A stretch of 64,000 nucleotides of DNA from Cyanobacteria bacterium P01_D01_bin.156 (GCA_039024555.1 JBCCQQ010000002.1:64001-128000), one strand, 5' to 3'; positions 48,652 through 58,474 are shown, counted from the first letter of the stretch. A program made the numbers and translations. The notes: generated by a model not told the origin, from the letters alone.

Positions 48652-49737
48652 ATGGTAATGGAGCAAGGCTTAAACATACTATTTGTTTCTACCCCTGTGG
48701 GCCCTTTGGGGTCTGGCTTGGGAGGGGGTGTGGAACTTACTATTGTGAACTTAGTAACCGCCCTACAACAGCGGGGACATCAGATTGCGATCGCAGCCCC
48801 CGAAAACTCTCATCTCAATGATGTCCAACTGATCCAAATTCCGGGACTACTTCAGCCTAGAGCCCACACCCAGGGACGCGATACACCCGCAACTATGATA
48901 GAAAATGCGGTCCTTGCCAATCAGTGGCACTACGCCCGCAGCGTTCAGTCGGACTACGACCTGATTGTCAATTTTGCCTACGACTGGTTGCCCCTATATC
49001 TCACATCTTTTTTCCAAACACCCATTGCCCACTTCATCAGCATGGGTTCCCTCAGTCGGGTCATGGATCACGCTATCAATCGTATCCACGATAAGTACCC
49101 TGGCACCCTCGGAGCCTATACTCAATCTCAAATCGAAACCTTTCCACTAGAGATTCACTGGGAACTACTCAGCAGCGCTATCGATCTACAGCAGTATAAC
49201 TACTGCGCCACCCCTAGCACCGAACTCGTATGGCTAGGTCGTATTTCTCCAGAAAAAGGACTAGAAGACGCCGTCGCCGCTGTTCAACAGACAGGCCATA
49301 CCCTCAAAATCTTAGGCAAGCTCGAAAATCAAGAATACTGGAACAGTATTCAGCAAACCTATCCCAATGCCCCCATCGACTATCTAGGATTTGTAAATAC
49401 CCAGCAATTACAGACAGTTGTCCGGTCTTGTCGAGGTTTGCTCATGACCCCTCGCTGGGTCGAAGCCTTTGGTAATGTGGCCATTGAAGCTTTAGCCTGT
49501 GGAGTCCCAGTGATTGCCTATCGGCGCGGTGGCCCAGCTGAGATCATCGATCAGGGTATAACCGGTTGGCTCGTGGAGCCCGACAGTGTGGATGGATTGG
49601 TGGATAGCATCCAAAAATTAGACCAAATCGACCGTCAGCAGTGCCGCCAGCAGGCCGAAACCCTATACTCATTAGCAGCTCTGGGAGAAAGATTTGAACA
49701 TTGGTTTGAGAAAATATTAGCTTTGCATTCTTCATAA
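48652..49737 (+). CDS. Glycosyltransferase family 4
   Basis: GLGGGVE, GRISPEKG, EAFGNVAIEALACG. Confidence 0.9.
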   Translation: MVMEQGLNILFVSTPVGPLGSGLGGGVELTIVNLVTALQQRGHQIAIAAPENSHLNDVQLIQIPGLLQPRAHTQGRDTPATMIENAVLANQWHYARSVQSDYDLIVNFAYDWLPLYLTSFFQTPIAHFISMGSLSRVMDHAINRIHDKYPGTLGAYTQSQIETFPLEIHWELLSSAIDLQQYNYCATPSTELVWLGRISPEKGLEDAVAAVQQTGHTLKILGKLENQEYWNSIQQTYPNAPIDYLGFVNTQQLQTVVRSCRGLLMTPRWVEAFGNVAIEALACGVPVIAYRRGGPAEIIDQGITGWLVEPDSVDGLVDSIQKLDQIDRQQCRQQAETLYSLAALGERFEHWFEKILALHSS

Positions 49738-49740
49738 CCC

Positions 49741-50127
49741 ATGATTTCCATTCCCTTATCTGAAATTACGCAGCTAATCGAGCAGCTTAGCGACTATCCT
49801 GAAGCCTTGCGATCGCTCCAAGAAATTGAAGACTGTGATGGCGATCTCAACGATGCAGCCCTTTCCCTAGCCCTAAAAGCGGGCCTAGAACCCACTGAAA
49901 ACGACGGTTGGCTTCAAGGGTTTGCCAAACGCTACCGTCATATTGCCTGTCTAAATGAGTTTCGTACTGACTTAGCAGAGCAACGAATCATCAGCTTAGT
50001 CAACAGTCTCACCCAAACTAGTCACTGCCCCAATCTCTTAGCTGTCCCCGTCGCCTTATATGTCAGCAAAGTCGGAATCAACACATTTTGTCAAAGTTTT
50101 GACAACAGCCGGGTCGCCATAGATTAA
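49741..50127 (+). CDS. Hypothetical protein
   Basis: 128 aa ORF starting 3 bp after the GT4 stop, same strand; no motif recognised. Confidence 0.65.
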   Translation: MISIPLSEITQLIEQLSDYPEALRSLQEIEDCDGDLNDAALSLALKAGLEPTENDGWLQGFAKRYRHIACLNEFRTDLAEQRIISLVNSLTQTSHCPNLLAVPVALYVSKVGINTFCQSFDNSRVAID

Positions 50128-50397
50128 AAAAATTAATATAACTTCGCGCTCAGTGTCATCCATCAGGAAAATACCCAAAAGCATTGTGGGGAGAGGCTTT
50201 AAGGCAAAGTAGTTAACTTAAAGCATGCTGCAGATTGCGATCCAAAAAGGGCATGTTAGAGCTGTGCATCATCAAACTTCGTTGTTTGTTCCTTGCGAAA
50301 ACGGAATTTGATTGGTGTGACCTGTATTGATTTCAATAGCGGCTACTTTTTAGAGTCGTTTGTAACAGACACCCGAACCACTGATAGGAGTTTGGCA

Positions 50398-50742
50398 ATG
50401 ACACGCGCAATTGACCGTCACAGCAGCATTACCCTCACCACTTTAGAAGGCGTACCCGGCAAAGACATCGTTGAACACTATGGCCTAGTCCAAGGCAGTA
50501 CTATTCGCGCTAAGCACGTGGGCAAAGATATTTTGGCGGGCTTTAAGAATATCGTCGGCGGCGAGCTCAAAGCCTATACCGAACTCCTTAAAGAATCCCG
50601 TCAAGAAGCTGTGAATCGTATGACCCAACAAGCCGAACAGCTAGGGGCTAACGCCGTCATCAACATCCGTTTTGCCACATCATCTGTTGCCCCCGGAGCA
50701 GCCGAACTATTCGCCTACGGCACCGCTGTTAAGGTGCAGTAG
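50398..50742 (+). CDS. YbjQ/UPF0145 family protein
   Basis: GLVQGSTIRAKHVGKD...KNIVGGELKAY...GANAVINIRF...YGTAV; AGGAG before ATG 50398. Confidence 0.92.
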   Translation: MTRAIDRHSSITLTTLEGVPGKDIVEHYGLVQGSTIRAKHVGKDILAGFKNIVGGELKAYTELLKESRQEAVNRMTQQAEQLGANAVINIRFATSSVAPGAAELFAYGTAVKVQ

Positions 50743-50776
50743 CCAGCGCTAATCGGTAGTAACCCAAGAACAGATT

Positions 50777-51214
50777 ATGGATATTCTCGTTTTTCTAACT
50801 CTGATTAGCATCGGCTACTTCATCGGTAACCGCCGTGAACGGAAGCACTACGAAGACATTAAACGCCGAGAAAAACAAACTCTCCATGTCCCCGTGATGA
50901 ACTGGGGGGCAAAACAAAACTTACCCTATGCCCACGAAGCCGAAATGTTTGTGGGCAGTGTCGTCGTGGCCAATGATTATTTCAAAACCATTGCTGCCAG
51001 TTTACGGAATCTCGTGGGCGGGCGCGTTACCGTATACGAAACCCTGATTGACCGTGGACGCAGAGAAGCCACACTGAGGATGAAAGAATCTGCCATCGAG
51101 TGGGGAGCCTCTCAAATTCTCAATATTCGCTTTGAAACTGCCAACATTGCTGGCCAAACTAAAGGCGGTATGGGTGCGGTAGAAGTCATGGTTTACGGCA
51201 CCGGGATCCGTTAA
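50777..51214 (+). CDS. YbjQ/UPF0145 family protein with N-terminal TM helix
   Basis: VGSVVV..DYFK...LVGGRVTVYETLIDRGRREA..RMK...YGTG. Confidence 0.85.
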   Translation: MDILVFLTLISIGYFIGNRRERKHYEDIKRREKQTLHVPVMNWGAKQNLPYAHEAEMFVGSVVVANDYFKTIAASLRNLVGGRVTVYETLIDRGRREATLRMKESAIEWGASQILNIRFETANIAGQTKGGMGAVEVMVYGTGIR

Positions 51215-51256
51215 ATAGGGTGTCAATTTAAGTCGGAAAATCTTGGCTAGAACTGA

Positions 51257-51309
51257 CTTAGGAAGTCTGAAAGGATAGGAATTCCGACTTCCTAAGTCCG
51301 ACTTCCTAA
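51257..51309. repeat. Hairpin plus 14-nt-period direct repeat (STRR-like)
   Basis: cttaggaagtctgaa / ttccgacttcctaag; tccgacttcctaa at 51283 and 51297. Confidence 0.6.
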
Positions 51310-51357
51310 TTTTAGTTTCCTGGGAAACTCATCCCGTTCTATGTTGGTAGCCGCTAA

Positions 51358-52191
51358 ATGAAGTACGTGCCCCGCGAAATTGTCGATGAAGTCAACATTA
51401 CTCCAGTTCATCCACTGGTGAATTTTGGCTATTTAATTGGCACTGTCGTAGCCGCCGCCATCGCTGTTTATGTTGGCTTGGGGGTAGCTGGCGCTCAGCT
51501 AGCCACACGGCTCGGGCCAAAAGCCGAAAGTAAAGTAGGCGAGGTAATTTTTGACAACGTATTTTCTGCGATGCCTTTGGTCACCGAAGGCGAAGACTTT
51601 GAATACCTGGAAACCCTAGCCAATGCTCTACGCAGCGATGCACTAAAACAGCGTCCCGAGCTAAAGCTGCATATTCTAAAAGACCCAATGCCCAATGCCA
51701 TGGTGTCTGCAGGGGGCTACATATATGTCACTGAGGGATTGCTGAATGATGCCGAGACAGAAAATGAACTCGCTTTTGTGCTGGCTCATGAGTTAGGACA
51801 CTACGAACATCGCGACAACCTGCGTAGTCTGGGACGTTCTCTAGTGTTGCTGAGCCTGAGCAGCGCTCTGGCCGCTAGCGGCGTACAGTTACCACAAGTT
51901 TTAACAGGTTCTATGGGGCTGGCGAACTTACACTACAGCCGTGACCAGGAACAAAAAGCAGATGTTTACGCATTGGAGATTATTCAGGAACGCTATGGAC
52001 ACGTAGACTATGCCCTAGACTTTTTTAAGCGTCTAGATGAAGAAGAGTTCGATCTTGGCGTAGCCGAGCGACTCTTGGAATGGCAATCCACCCATCCCCT
52101 CACAGAATCTCGCATTGAACAGTTAGAGGAATTGGCGAACAGACAAGGCTGGCCCCTGGAAGGTACCCCCACTGAGTTACCCAATAAGTAA
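51358..52191 (+). CDS. M48-family zinc metallopeptidase
   Basis: PNA, ELAFVLAHELGH (HExxH), YSRDQEQKAD, STHP..ESRI. Confidence 0.92.
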   Translation: MKYVPREIVDEVNITPVHPLVNFGYLIGTVVAAAIAVYVGLGVAGAQLATRLGPKAESKVGEVIFDNVFSAMPLVTEGEDFEYLETLANALRSDALKQRPELKLHILKDPMPNAMVSAGGYIYVTEGLLNDAETENELAFVLAHELGHYEHRDNLRSLGRSLVLLSLSSALAASGVQLPQVLTGSMGLANLHYSRDQEQKADVYALEIIQERYGHVDYALDFFKRLDEEEFDLGVAERLLEWQSTHPLTESRIEQLEELANRQGWPLEGTPTELPNK

Positions 52192-52238
52192 GGATTTGGT
52201 GGAGATAGCTATGATGAGGACAGTTTTGGGGGTAGATC

Positions 52239-52997
52239 ATGCCGTCTCCACTGCCTGGAATGAATCCCTTTATAGAGCAGCCAGAGCTATGGCCTGAGTT
52301 CCATAGTCGAATGATCGTTGCGATCGCTGACTCATTAGACGAATTACTCAGTCGTAATTATCGAGTTGCTGTAGAAAAGCGAGTTTACCTGAGCCAAAAC
52401 GACGAACAAATTTTAGTCGGCATCCCAGATGTAGCGGTTACCTCCCCTAAAAAAACACCTGACAGCCTGAGGGGCGGAAATATTGCTTTCGCTGAACCTC
52501 AAATAGTCGAGATACCACAACTTGAAGAAGTTCAGGAACGCTATTTAGAAATCCGTGAAGGGGGTAAGGGAACAGTAATCACTACCATTGAACTGCTGTC
52601 CCCTAAAAACAAACGCTCTGGAGAAAGGCGAGATGCTTATTTAAGCAAACGCCAGCAGGTATTGAGTAGTCGAACAAATTTAGTAGAAATCGATTTACTG
52701 CGGGGCGGACGACCTTTACCCATCAAGGGAAACGTATCTTCCGACTATCGAGTTCTGATTAGTCGTAGTCATGAACGCCCCCAGGCACAGCTTTATGGTT
52801 TCAATCTAGACCAAACAATTCCAGCATTTGAGGTGCCATTACAAAGAAACGACGCATCACCAACGCTGGCACTACAGCCGTTGCTCCACCGCATCTATGA
52901 TAGAGCCCGATTTGAATTGGCCATCGACTACAACCACACACTTTCGCCACAGTTGAGGCCGGTAGAACAACAATGGATACTAGACTTCATTGGGTAA
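52239..52997 (+). CDS. DUF4058 family protein
   Basis: MPSPLPGMNPFIE, PDVAV, IELLSPKNK, LVEIDLLRGG. Confidence 0.88.
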   Translation: MPSPLPGMNPFIEQPELWPEFHSRMIVAIADSLDELLSRNYRVAVEKRVYLSQNDEQILVGIPDVAVTSPKKTPDSLRGGNIAFAEPQIVEIPQLEEVQERYLEIREGGKGTVITTIELLSPKNKRSGERRDAYLSKRQQVLSSRTNLVEIDLLRGGRPLPIKGNVSSDYRVLISRSHERPQAQLYGFNLDQTIPAFEVPLQRNDASPTLALQPLLHRIYDRARFELAIDYNHTLSPQLRPVEQQWILDFIG

Positions 52998-53127
52998 ACA
53001 CGGCACCCCATTTCAACGAATAAGACTAGAATCGACTTTTCTCAAATAGTTTCGAAACATATGATCAGCAGTCTTGTGTTTACCTTTACCACCTGTAATC
53101 TATCTCGTGCCGATAGGTAGATTGCGT

Positions 53128-53922
53128 CTAGATACGCAAATCAGAATCTTCCTCATACGTGAAACCCACCCATTTCTTGGAATCTAAAAACTGAAGCAGT
53201 TGCTCCAAATGTACTAAAGAAGTCTGCTGCTTGTAGCGACGCAGGTACTTAATGAGTTCTGATTTATTCACCTGAAACCAGGGACACAAAAGCCTGGCGA
53301 TATGGGTACTGATAAATAATCCCTGAACTAAAGTGGTCACATTGGCGGGACGTCGATGTAAGCTGGCTCCACTAAAATCAATCAGAACTGGGCATTGAGA
53401 CGTTACTAAGGCATGGGCTGTGATGCAACGCAGATCTCCGTGATCGAGCCCCGCTTGATCTAATCGATAGGCTTGGTGGATCAGCTGAAAGACCACCCTA
53501 TGAACCGCCTCAACAGACTGTGGTGATTGCAACCACTCCACTAACGTAGGCCCATCAATATGGTCCATCAGCAAAAAATTATCGCTGTGGGCAATATATT
53601 GCGGCCCTACATCCACAGAATTAGCACGTAGCAGCAGCTGCGCCTCGGTTTGCAGACTTGTCTGAGGTGCAGGTTCTCGACGAATCTTGAGAACTCGTTC
53701 TTGCCCTTGATAGCGCACTCGCAACACGACGCCACAGTAGCCAGCCCCAAGTATCTTCACACCTGACAGCATCTCTGGACCATCAACGTAGACAGTCTCA
53801 ATGCCAAAAGTCTGAAGCTCTGCCCAGCGGTGAGTCAATGTAACCCCATCACCGCTAGGGTAGGCCAATAGCTGCCTGGCTGGACTGTTCCAGAACTGCT
53901 CTAGATCAAGGGCAGTTGCCAC
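53128..53922 (-). CDS. RIO/Bud32-like atypical Ser/Thr kinase
   Basis: LGAGYCGVV, LKIRR, DHGDL, LIDFS; GTG start. Confidence 0.8.
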   Translation of the reverse strand: MATALDLEQFWNSPARQLLAYPSGDGVTLTHRWAELQTFGIETVYVDGPEMLSGVKILGAGYCGVVLRVRYQGQERVLKIRREPAPQTSLQTEAQLLLRANSVDVGPQYIAHSDNFLLMDHIDGPTLVEWLQSPQSVEAVHRVVFQLIHQAYRLDQAGLDHGDLRCITAHALVTSQCPVLIDFSGASLHRRPANVTTLVQGLFISTHIARLLCPWFQVNKSELIKYLRRYKQQTSLVHLEQLLQFLDSKKWVGFTYEEDSDLRI

Positions 53923-53928
53923 AATTTG

Positions 53929-54696
53929 CTAAGCGCACAGCTGACGAGCTAGTTCCACCGTGAAGTAAGTGGCATCGCTGGCATCACCCGCTAGTACGGT
54001 AAAAGCGGTCTCTGGAGTCCCTAGGTCACTGAGCACAAGCTTTGCGCCAGTAAAATCTTGTGCTTTAGTGTACTCATTCACCGTGACAACAGTTTTTAAC
54101 CCGGTGGGGGTAGCCGATAACAAACCATTGTTAGTGTCTTCAAATGCAAGACAGTTATCTGCTGGCAAGTCTAAATGCTCCAGGGCATATTCATAGATAT
54201 CGGGAGCAGGCTTTTTCTTAGGAACCATGTCGCCTGCCGCAATAACTGCAAACCAGTTGAGGCTTTCTGCACCGAGGGTATTTTCTAGCAGAGCTTGAAC
54301 ATTGGCTGGAGTAGTGGTGGTTGCGATCGCAAGTGTCACCCCTTGACTACGAGCTTCATTCAACAACCGCTCCACACCAGGGCGTAGAGGAATTTTACCT
54401 GCCGCTGCATATTGCTTGTAGTAAGTTGTCTTTGTCGCGTGCAGATGCTTAATCATGGCATCCAGATCGCTAAAGTCTGACGGTACTTGAAAATCACTGA
54501 GGTAGTCCTGCACATAGGCACGAATCCGTTCCTTTCCGCCTGAGACCTTAAGTAACTTACCGTAGAGTTCTGGTGTCCAGTCCCAATTTAGACCAGTATC
54601 TGCAAATGCCTGATTAAAGGCAGGTCGATGGCCATCTCGCTCTGTCTCTGCCAGGGTGCCATCCACATCAAAAATCAACGCCTTTAGCTCTGCCAC
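53929..54696 (-). CDS. cbbY: HAD hydrolase, CbbY (xylulose-1,5-bisphosphate phosphatase)-like
   Basis: IFDVDGTLAETERDGHRPAFN, GGKER, KKPAPDIY, FED...GL. Confidence 0.88.
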   Translation of the reverse strand: MAELKALIFDVDGTLAETERDGHRPAFNQAFADTGLNWDWTPELYGKLLKVSGGKERIRAYVQDYLSDFQVPSDFSDLDAMIKHLHATKTTYYKQYAAAGKIPLRPGVERLLNEARSQGVTLAIATTTTPANVQALLENTLGAESLNWFAVIAAGDMVPKKKPAPDIYEYALEHLDLPADNCLAFEDTNNGLLSATPTGLKTVVTVNEYTKAQDFTGAKLVLSDLGTPETAFTVLAGDASDATYFTVELARQLCA

Positions 54697-54790
54697 AAAT
54701 TACTCCAAAACTCTCCAACGCTGATCTTACCGTTATTGGGAATATGCCCCATCGTTAGTCGGCAACATCCAGACGATAAATAGTCATCTC

Positions 54791-54833
54791 GTAAGGCTTG
54801 TTACAAACTTCCACTGGATTCTATTGATATGTT
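54791..54833 (+). promoter_or_regulatory. Candidate NtcA-activated promoter
   Basis: GTAaggcttgtTAC (54791-54804), 23 nt spacer, TAtgtT (54828-54833). Confidence 0.45.
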
Positions 54834-54839
54834 TACCTC

Positions 54840-54995
54840 GAATGGCTAAGACAGCTAAGACTACACAAACAGCTTTAACAGCCAAGTTTGCGGAGTTGCG
54901 CTGAAGCATAATGCCGTTCATATACTCATGTGCCTAGTCAGGCATTTCTCGAAGCGTTTCAAAAAAGCCCAGCCCTGTGGTTGAGCTTTTTTTTT
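54840..54995 (+). ncRNA. Candidate ~155 nt sRNA (contains a 20 aa micro-ORF at 54842-54904)
   Basis: Lies between a promoter-like motif and a + strand terminator in an intergenic region with no + strand gene. Confidence 0.35.
54961..54995 (+). terminator. Intrinsic terminator
   Basis: aaaaaagc-c-cagcc-ctgt-ggttg-a-gc followed by T9; the G:U pair favours the + strand. Confidence 0.7.
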
Positions 54996-55186
54996 GCAGG
55001 AAAGAACTGTTTCAACTAAGGCGCTGTTAAGAAACGACTGCACGGGGTAAGCCTGAAAAGCTTGTTAAGCCATGATGTCAATGCACAAGGCGATAATTCT
55101 AATGTTTAACAATCCCTAAGTTTATATATAAGCGGGGCGTGATTAGACAACCCTAGCAAATACTTGTTATTGACTAGAGATCGACT

Positions 55187-56149
55187 TTAGGCAAGCAAGC
55201 AAGCGGTTGGGAAAAGCAAATACTCAAGGAAAAACAGTTTCCAAACAAACTGATAAAACTCTCGATAGCTAAATCCATCGGTTTCATCTGGAGAAAGCTG
55301 ACAACTTAAATACCAAAAATAAATGAGGGCTAAACCATGGGTTACCATCAAAAACCCACTATTAATACCCGGAATAAGCACCGCAAAAATAATAAGACCG
55401 CTGTAACAAACCGTTAACACCCACCAGACGAGCCGAGCGATTTGAATATCTGACAAGCTATCAATGCTCTGGGTGTTATCCCATAAAGTTTTTAATAGCG
55501 CGATCGCACCACTAAAAGCCATCACTACCAGCGCTAGCACCCACACTCGCAAAGGCACTGCAGGCAGTAATCCCAACTGGTTCGCCGCATGGAGAAAAAT
55601 TCCAATATTCACCACTACCCCACGCACCAGCAACTTACACAGCGAGCCGACTATGGGCAACTGTTTTAGCTGAATCGGTGGTAGCGAATACACAGTCCCA
55701 ATTACCAGACTTAATACTATCGTCGCTACCAAATACAAACTTTGTGATGCAGCTGCCAGTAATACGGCTCCACTGCCAGCAATCCCCACTAGCATCTTTG
55801 CTTGAGCAGCAGAAAATTCTCCAGATGCTAATGGCAAATAGGGTTTAGCCAACCGATCAACAGCTACATCCTCAATTTGATTGAGTCCAACAATGTAGAT
55901 ATTGGTGCAAACACAAGCCAGCCAGGTAATCCATAATGAACTAATGCCCACCCACACCTGAAACGTGCCTGGCAACATCCCTAAGGGGTGACGTGCTGAC
56001 CAGGCTATGGCAAACAAACCTAAAATGCTTAGGCTTGTCCCCATCAACATATGGGGTCGTGAAAACTTCCAAAATGCTCTCAACCAAGGAATGGGGCTCT
56101 GGATCAGGTTGAGCGAAGGAGGACTCAGTGCTGACTTAGTCATCGGCAT
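55187..56149 (-). CDS. Homogentisate phytyltransferase-like UbiA prenyltransferase (divergent)
   Basis: FWKFSRPH, YIVGLNQIEDVAVD...KPYLPLASG, FYQFVWKLFFLEY; second Asp-rich motif degenerate. Confidence 0.8.
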   Translation of the reverse strand: MPMTKSALSPPSLNLIQSPIPWLRAFWKFSRPHMLMGTSLSILGLFAIAWSARHPLGMLPGTFQVWVGISSLWITWLACVCTNIYIVGLNQIEDVAVDRLAKPYLPLASGEFSAAQAKMLVGIAGSGAVLLAAASQSLYLVATIVLSLVIGTVYSLPPIQLKQLPIVGSLCKLLVRGVVVNIGIFLHAANQLGLLPAVPLRVWVLALVVMAFSGAIALLKTLWDNTQSIDSLSDIQIARLVWWVLTVCYSGLIIFAVLIPGINSGFLMVTHGLALIYFWYLSCQLSPDETDGFSYREFYQFVWKLFFLEYLLFPTACLLA

Positions 56150-56354
56150 TGTTCAAAACCTCTAAAATCACCATGCCGAGTTTTCCCAACCCCGTCAACC
56201 AATTCCGAGCATTGTTGAAATGCTTAATAGAACTGCTAAACATTTGTATCAACTCAGGGGGGAGTTCTCAGTTTTATCGAATTCACCAATTAACCCATCA
56301 AAGTATCCATCAAAACCTTTTACCAGAAGATTTTCTACCGATGCAAGGCAAACG

Positions 56355-57425
56355 CTATACAGCGCGTCCTTTCATTTCATCCACATCCAGTAAACTGACC
56401 ACGACTCCAGCCACAGGAATCGCTAAAAATAAGCCCAGGAGACCACCAATGCGCACACCTATAATCAGTGCAAAAAACATCACGACTGGATTGATATTTA
56501 GAGAATCTCGCATGATGTGAGGCAACAGCAGATTCTCTTCTACTTGTTGAAGAAGAATACAGACCACCACCGATTGAACAGCTACTCCCACCCCCTGAGA
56601 CAACAGCAACAGACTGATTAAACTGACTCCTAAAGTAGCGCCAATACCAGGAATCAAATCAAATAACCCAGCAATTACGGCTAACACTAAGGCGTAGGGA
56701 ATCTTGAGCAGCAAAAAAACAACAAATGTGGAGGTAGCAAAAAAAATAGAGAGGAGCAGCCGTCCCCAAAAGAAACCTAGGAGATTTTGTTGAATGGTTA
56801 GGGTTAACCGCTGACGCTGATGCTCAGGCACCGCTTTCAGCATAAACCGCCATAGTCGAGCTCCATCCAACATCATAAAAAAGGTGACAACTGCAATCAG
56901 AATGGCATTGATAAAATTTTCCAGCAGGGTTTGTAACAGTCCCAACCCCGCCCCCAGAAACGTCGTAGCCTGTTGCTGAATTTGTCCTCCTAAAGTCTTT
57001 AAATCGACTTGAATATTCCACTGACGGAGGATAGTTTCAATATGATCTATTAGCGGTAAGAGAGAATTGAGAACGTCCGTACTGTTCTCTAATAGTCCCT
57101 GCCCCTGGGAAATAAAGGCAAGCGCTAGGGTAATGGCTACGCCACCCACTAAAACCAAGGCCACTAAAAAAACAGCCAATACTGAAACGCCGTGGGGCAA
57201 TATACGACAACACCACCGTACTGGATAACTGAGTAAAAACGCTAAAATCGCAGAGAGCCCAAAAATGACCACTACGATTTCAAAATAATTGAGTACTTGC
57301 ACCAGCGCCCAACCACTGGCCAGTAGTAGTAAAAAGCGCACTAGCCTAGAGTTATCTAGCTGGCTCAAAAGTTTCTGAAGCTTGTCCAGCGAGCTAGACG
57401 ACTGAGAATTATGTGGAGGAGCCAC
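56355..57425 (-). CDS. AI-2E family transporter
   Basis: LAFLLSYPV, LIPGIG, QQVEENLLLP, INPV, LGLFLAIPVA. Confidence 0.9.
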   Translation of the reverse strand: MAPPHNSQSSSSLDKLQKLLSQLDNSRLVRFLLLLASGWALVQVLNYFEIVVVIFGLSAILAFLLSYPVRWCCRILPHGVSVLAVFLVALVLVGGVAITLALAFISQGQGLLENSTDVLNSLLPLIDHIETILRQWNIQVDLKTLGGQIQQQATTFLGAGLGLLQTLLENFINAILIAVVTFFMMLDGARLWRFMLKAVPEHQRQRLTLTIQQNLLGFFWGRLLLSIFFATSTFVVFLLLKIPYALVLAVIAGLFDLIPGIGATLGVSLISLLLLSQGVGVAVQSVVVCILLQQVEENLLLPHIMRDSLNINPVVMFFALIIGVRIGGLLGLFLAIPVAGVVVSLLDVDEMKGRAV

Positions 57426-57738
57426 TGCTGCTATCTACTGATTTTAAAATTTCTTGCACCAGAACATAAGGCTGAACAATCAGAGAGCGAAGCTGATTGC
57501 CAGGACCAGAAACACCCCAAGTATCTAGCTGTTCTTTACTCGGTTTAGTAATTAACTGTTCGCCAATCCAGCGTTGCACAGACTGCACATTGTCATTAGT
57601 CAAGGCCACACCCACATCAACTAAATCTAGCTGAGGATCAACAAAAACAACCGCATCACGAGCAATATGGGGCTTCAGCCAATTCCATTGAGTGGGTCCC
57701 ACCATCTCGGCTAGCTCTTGTCTCAGGTCTCCGGCCAT
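57409..57738 (-). CDS. DUF2288 family protein
   Basis: WNWLKPHIARDAVVFV...LDLVDVG...D....VQRW...IVQPYVLVQ. Start placed at MAGDLR. Confidence 0.85.
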   Translation of the reverse strand: MAGDLRQELAEMVGPTQWNWLKPHIARDAVVFVDPQLDLVDVGVALTNDNVQSVQRWIGEQLITKPSKEQLDTWGVSGPGNQLRSLIVQPYVLVQEILKSVDSSSGSST

Positions 57739-57823
57739 GTTGTTGCTCCGCTGAATGTAGTCCGTTGAAAATGCCATAGAGTGAACCTATCACTCTGGAT
57801 AGAGGATTATTGTAACCATTGCA

Positions 57824-58471
57824 TCAGCGCCCCAGATCCAACATTGTGTGGATGCGATCGCAACAATAGTTCGTTACCACCATGAGTTGCTCTTTGTCCT
57901 TACTAGAGCTAGGAGGAGCGATGGGCTTACCCACGCGAACCGTTACAGGCATAGGCTTCGGTAGTTTTGCACCGCGAGGCAATATGCGATGAGTTCCCCA
58001 CAAACTAATAGGCACCAAGGGCACTTGGGCCTTAGCCGCAATCATGGCAGCCCCTAGTTTAGGGTCTGGAATACGACCATCCTGAGTCCGGGTCCCCTGT
58101 AAAAAAACACCCACCGCCCAGCCCTGATCTAGTTGCTCTAGAGCCGCACGAATTGCACCACGAGCTACCCCGCCCCGCTGCACAGGGTAGGCACCATATA
58201 AACGAATGGCCGGGGCTAACACTGGCACCTTAAACAACTCTTGTTTAGCCATATAAGATACTGGTCGTCGCACACAGGACGACACAAAAGGGGGGTCAAA
58301 GTCACTGGCATGGTTGGCTACCACTAGTACCGGACCAGACTTTGGCATATTCTCTGCACCGTAGATACGGCCTCGAAAATACCCCCGTAACATTGGATTC
58401 ACTATCGACCACTTAAACAAGTAGTAGAGCGCCAGACTAATCTTGGGCTCACGCTGTCGTTGATTCACCAC
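57824..58471 (-). CDS. plsC: 1-acyl-sn-glycerol-3-phosphate acyltransferase
   Basis: NHASDFD (HxxxxD), MAKQELF, FLQGTR; synteny with fabD. Confidence 0.92.
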   Translation of the reverse strand: MVNQRQREPKISLALYYLFKWSIVNPMLRGYFRGRIYGAENMPKSGPVLVVANHASDFDPPFVSSCVRRPVSYMAKQELFKVPVLAPAIRLYGAYPVQRGGVARGAIRAALEQLDQGWAVGVFLQGTRTQDGRIPDPKLGAAMIAAKAQVPLVPISLWGTHRILPRGAKLPKPMPVTVRVGKPIAPPSSSKDKEQLMVVTNYCCDRIHTMLDLGR

Positions 58472-58474
58472 CGT

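Noticed and set aside
56149..56520. 123 aa + strand ORF
   Set aside because: Partly antisense to the AI-2E gene, no motif; likely spurious.
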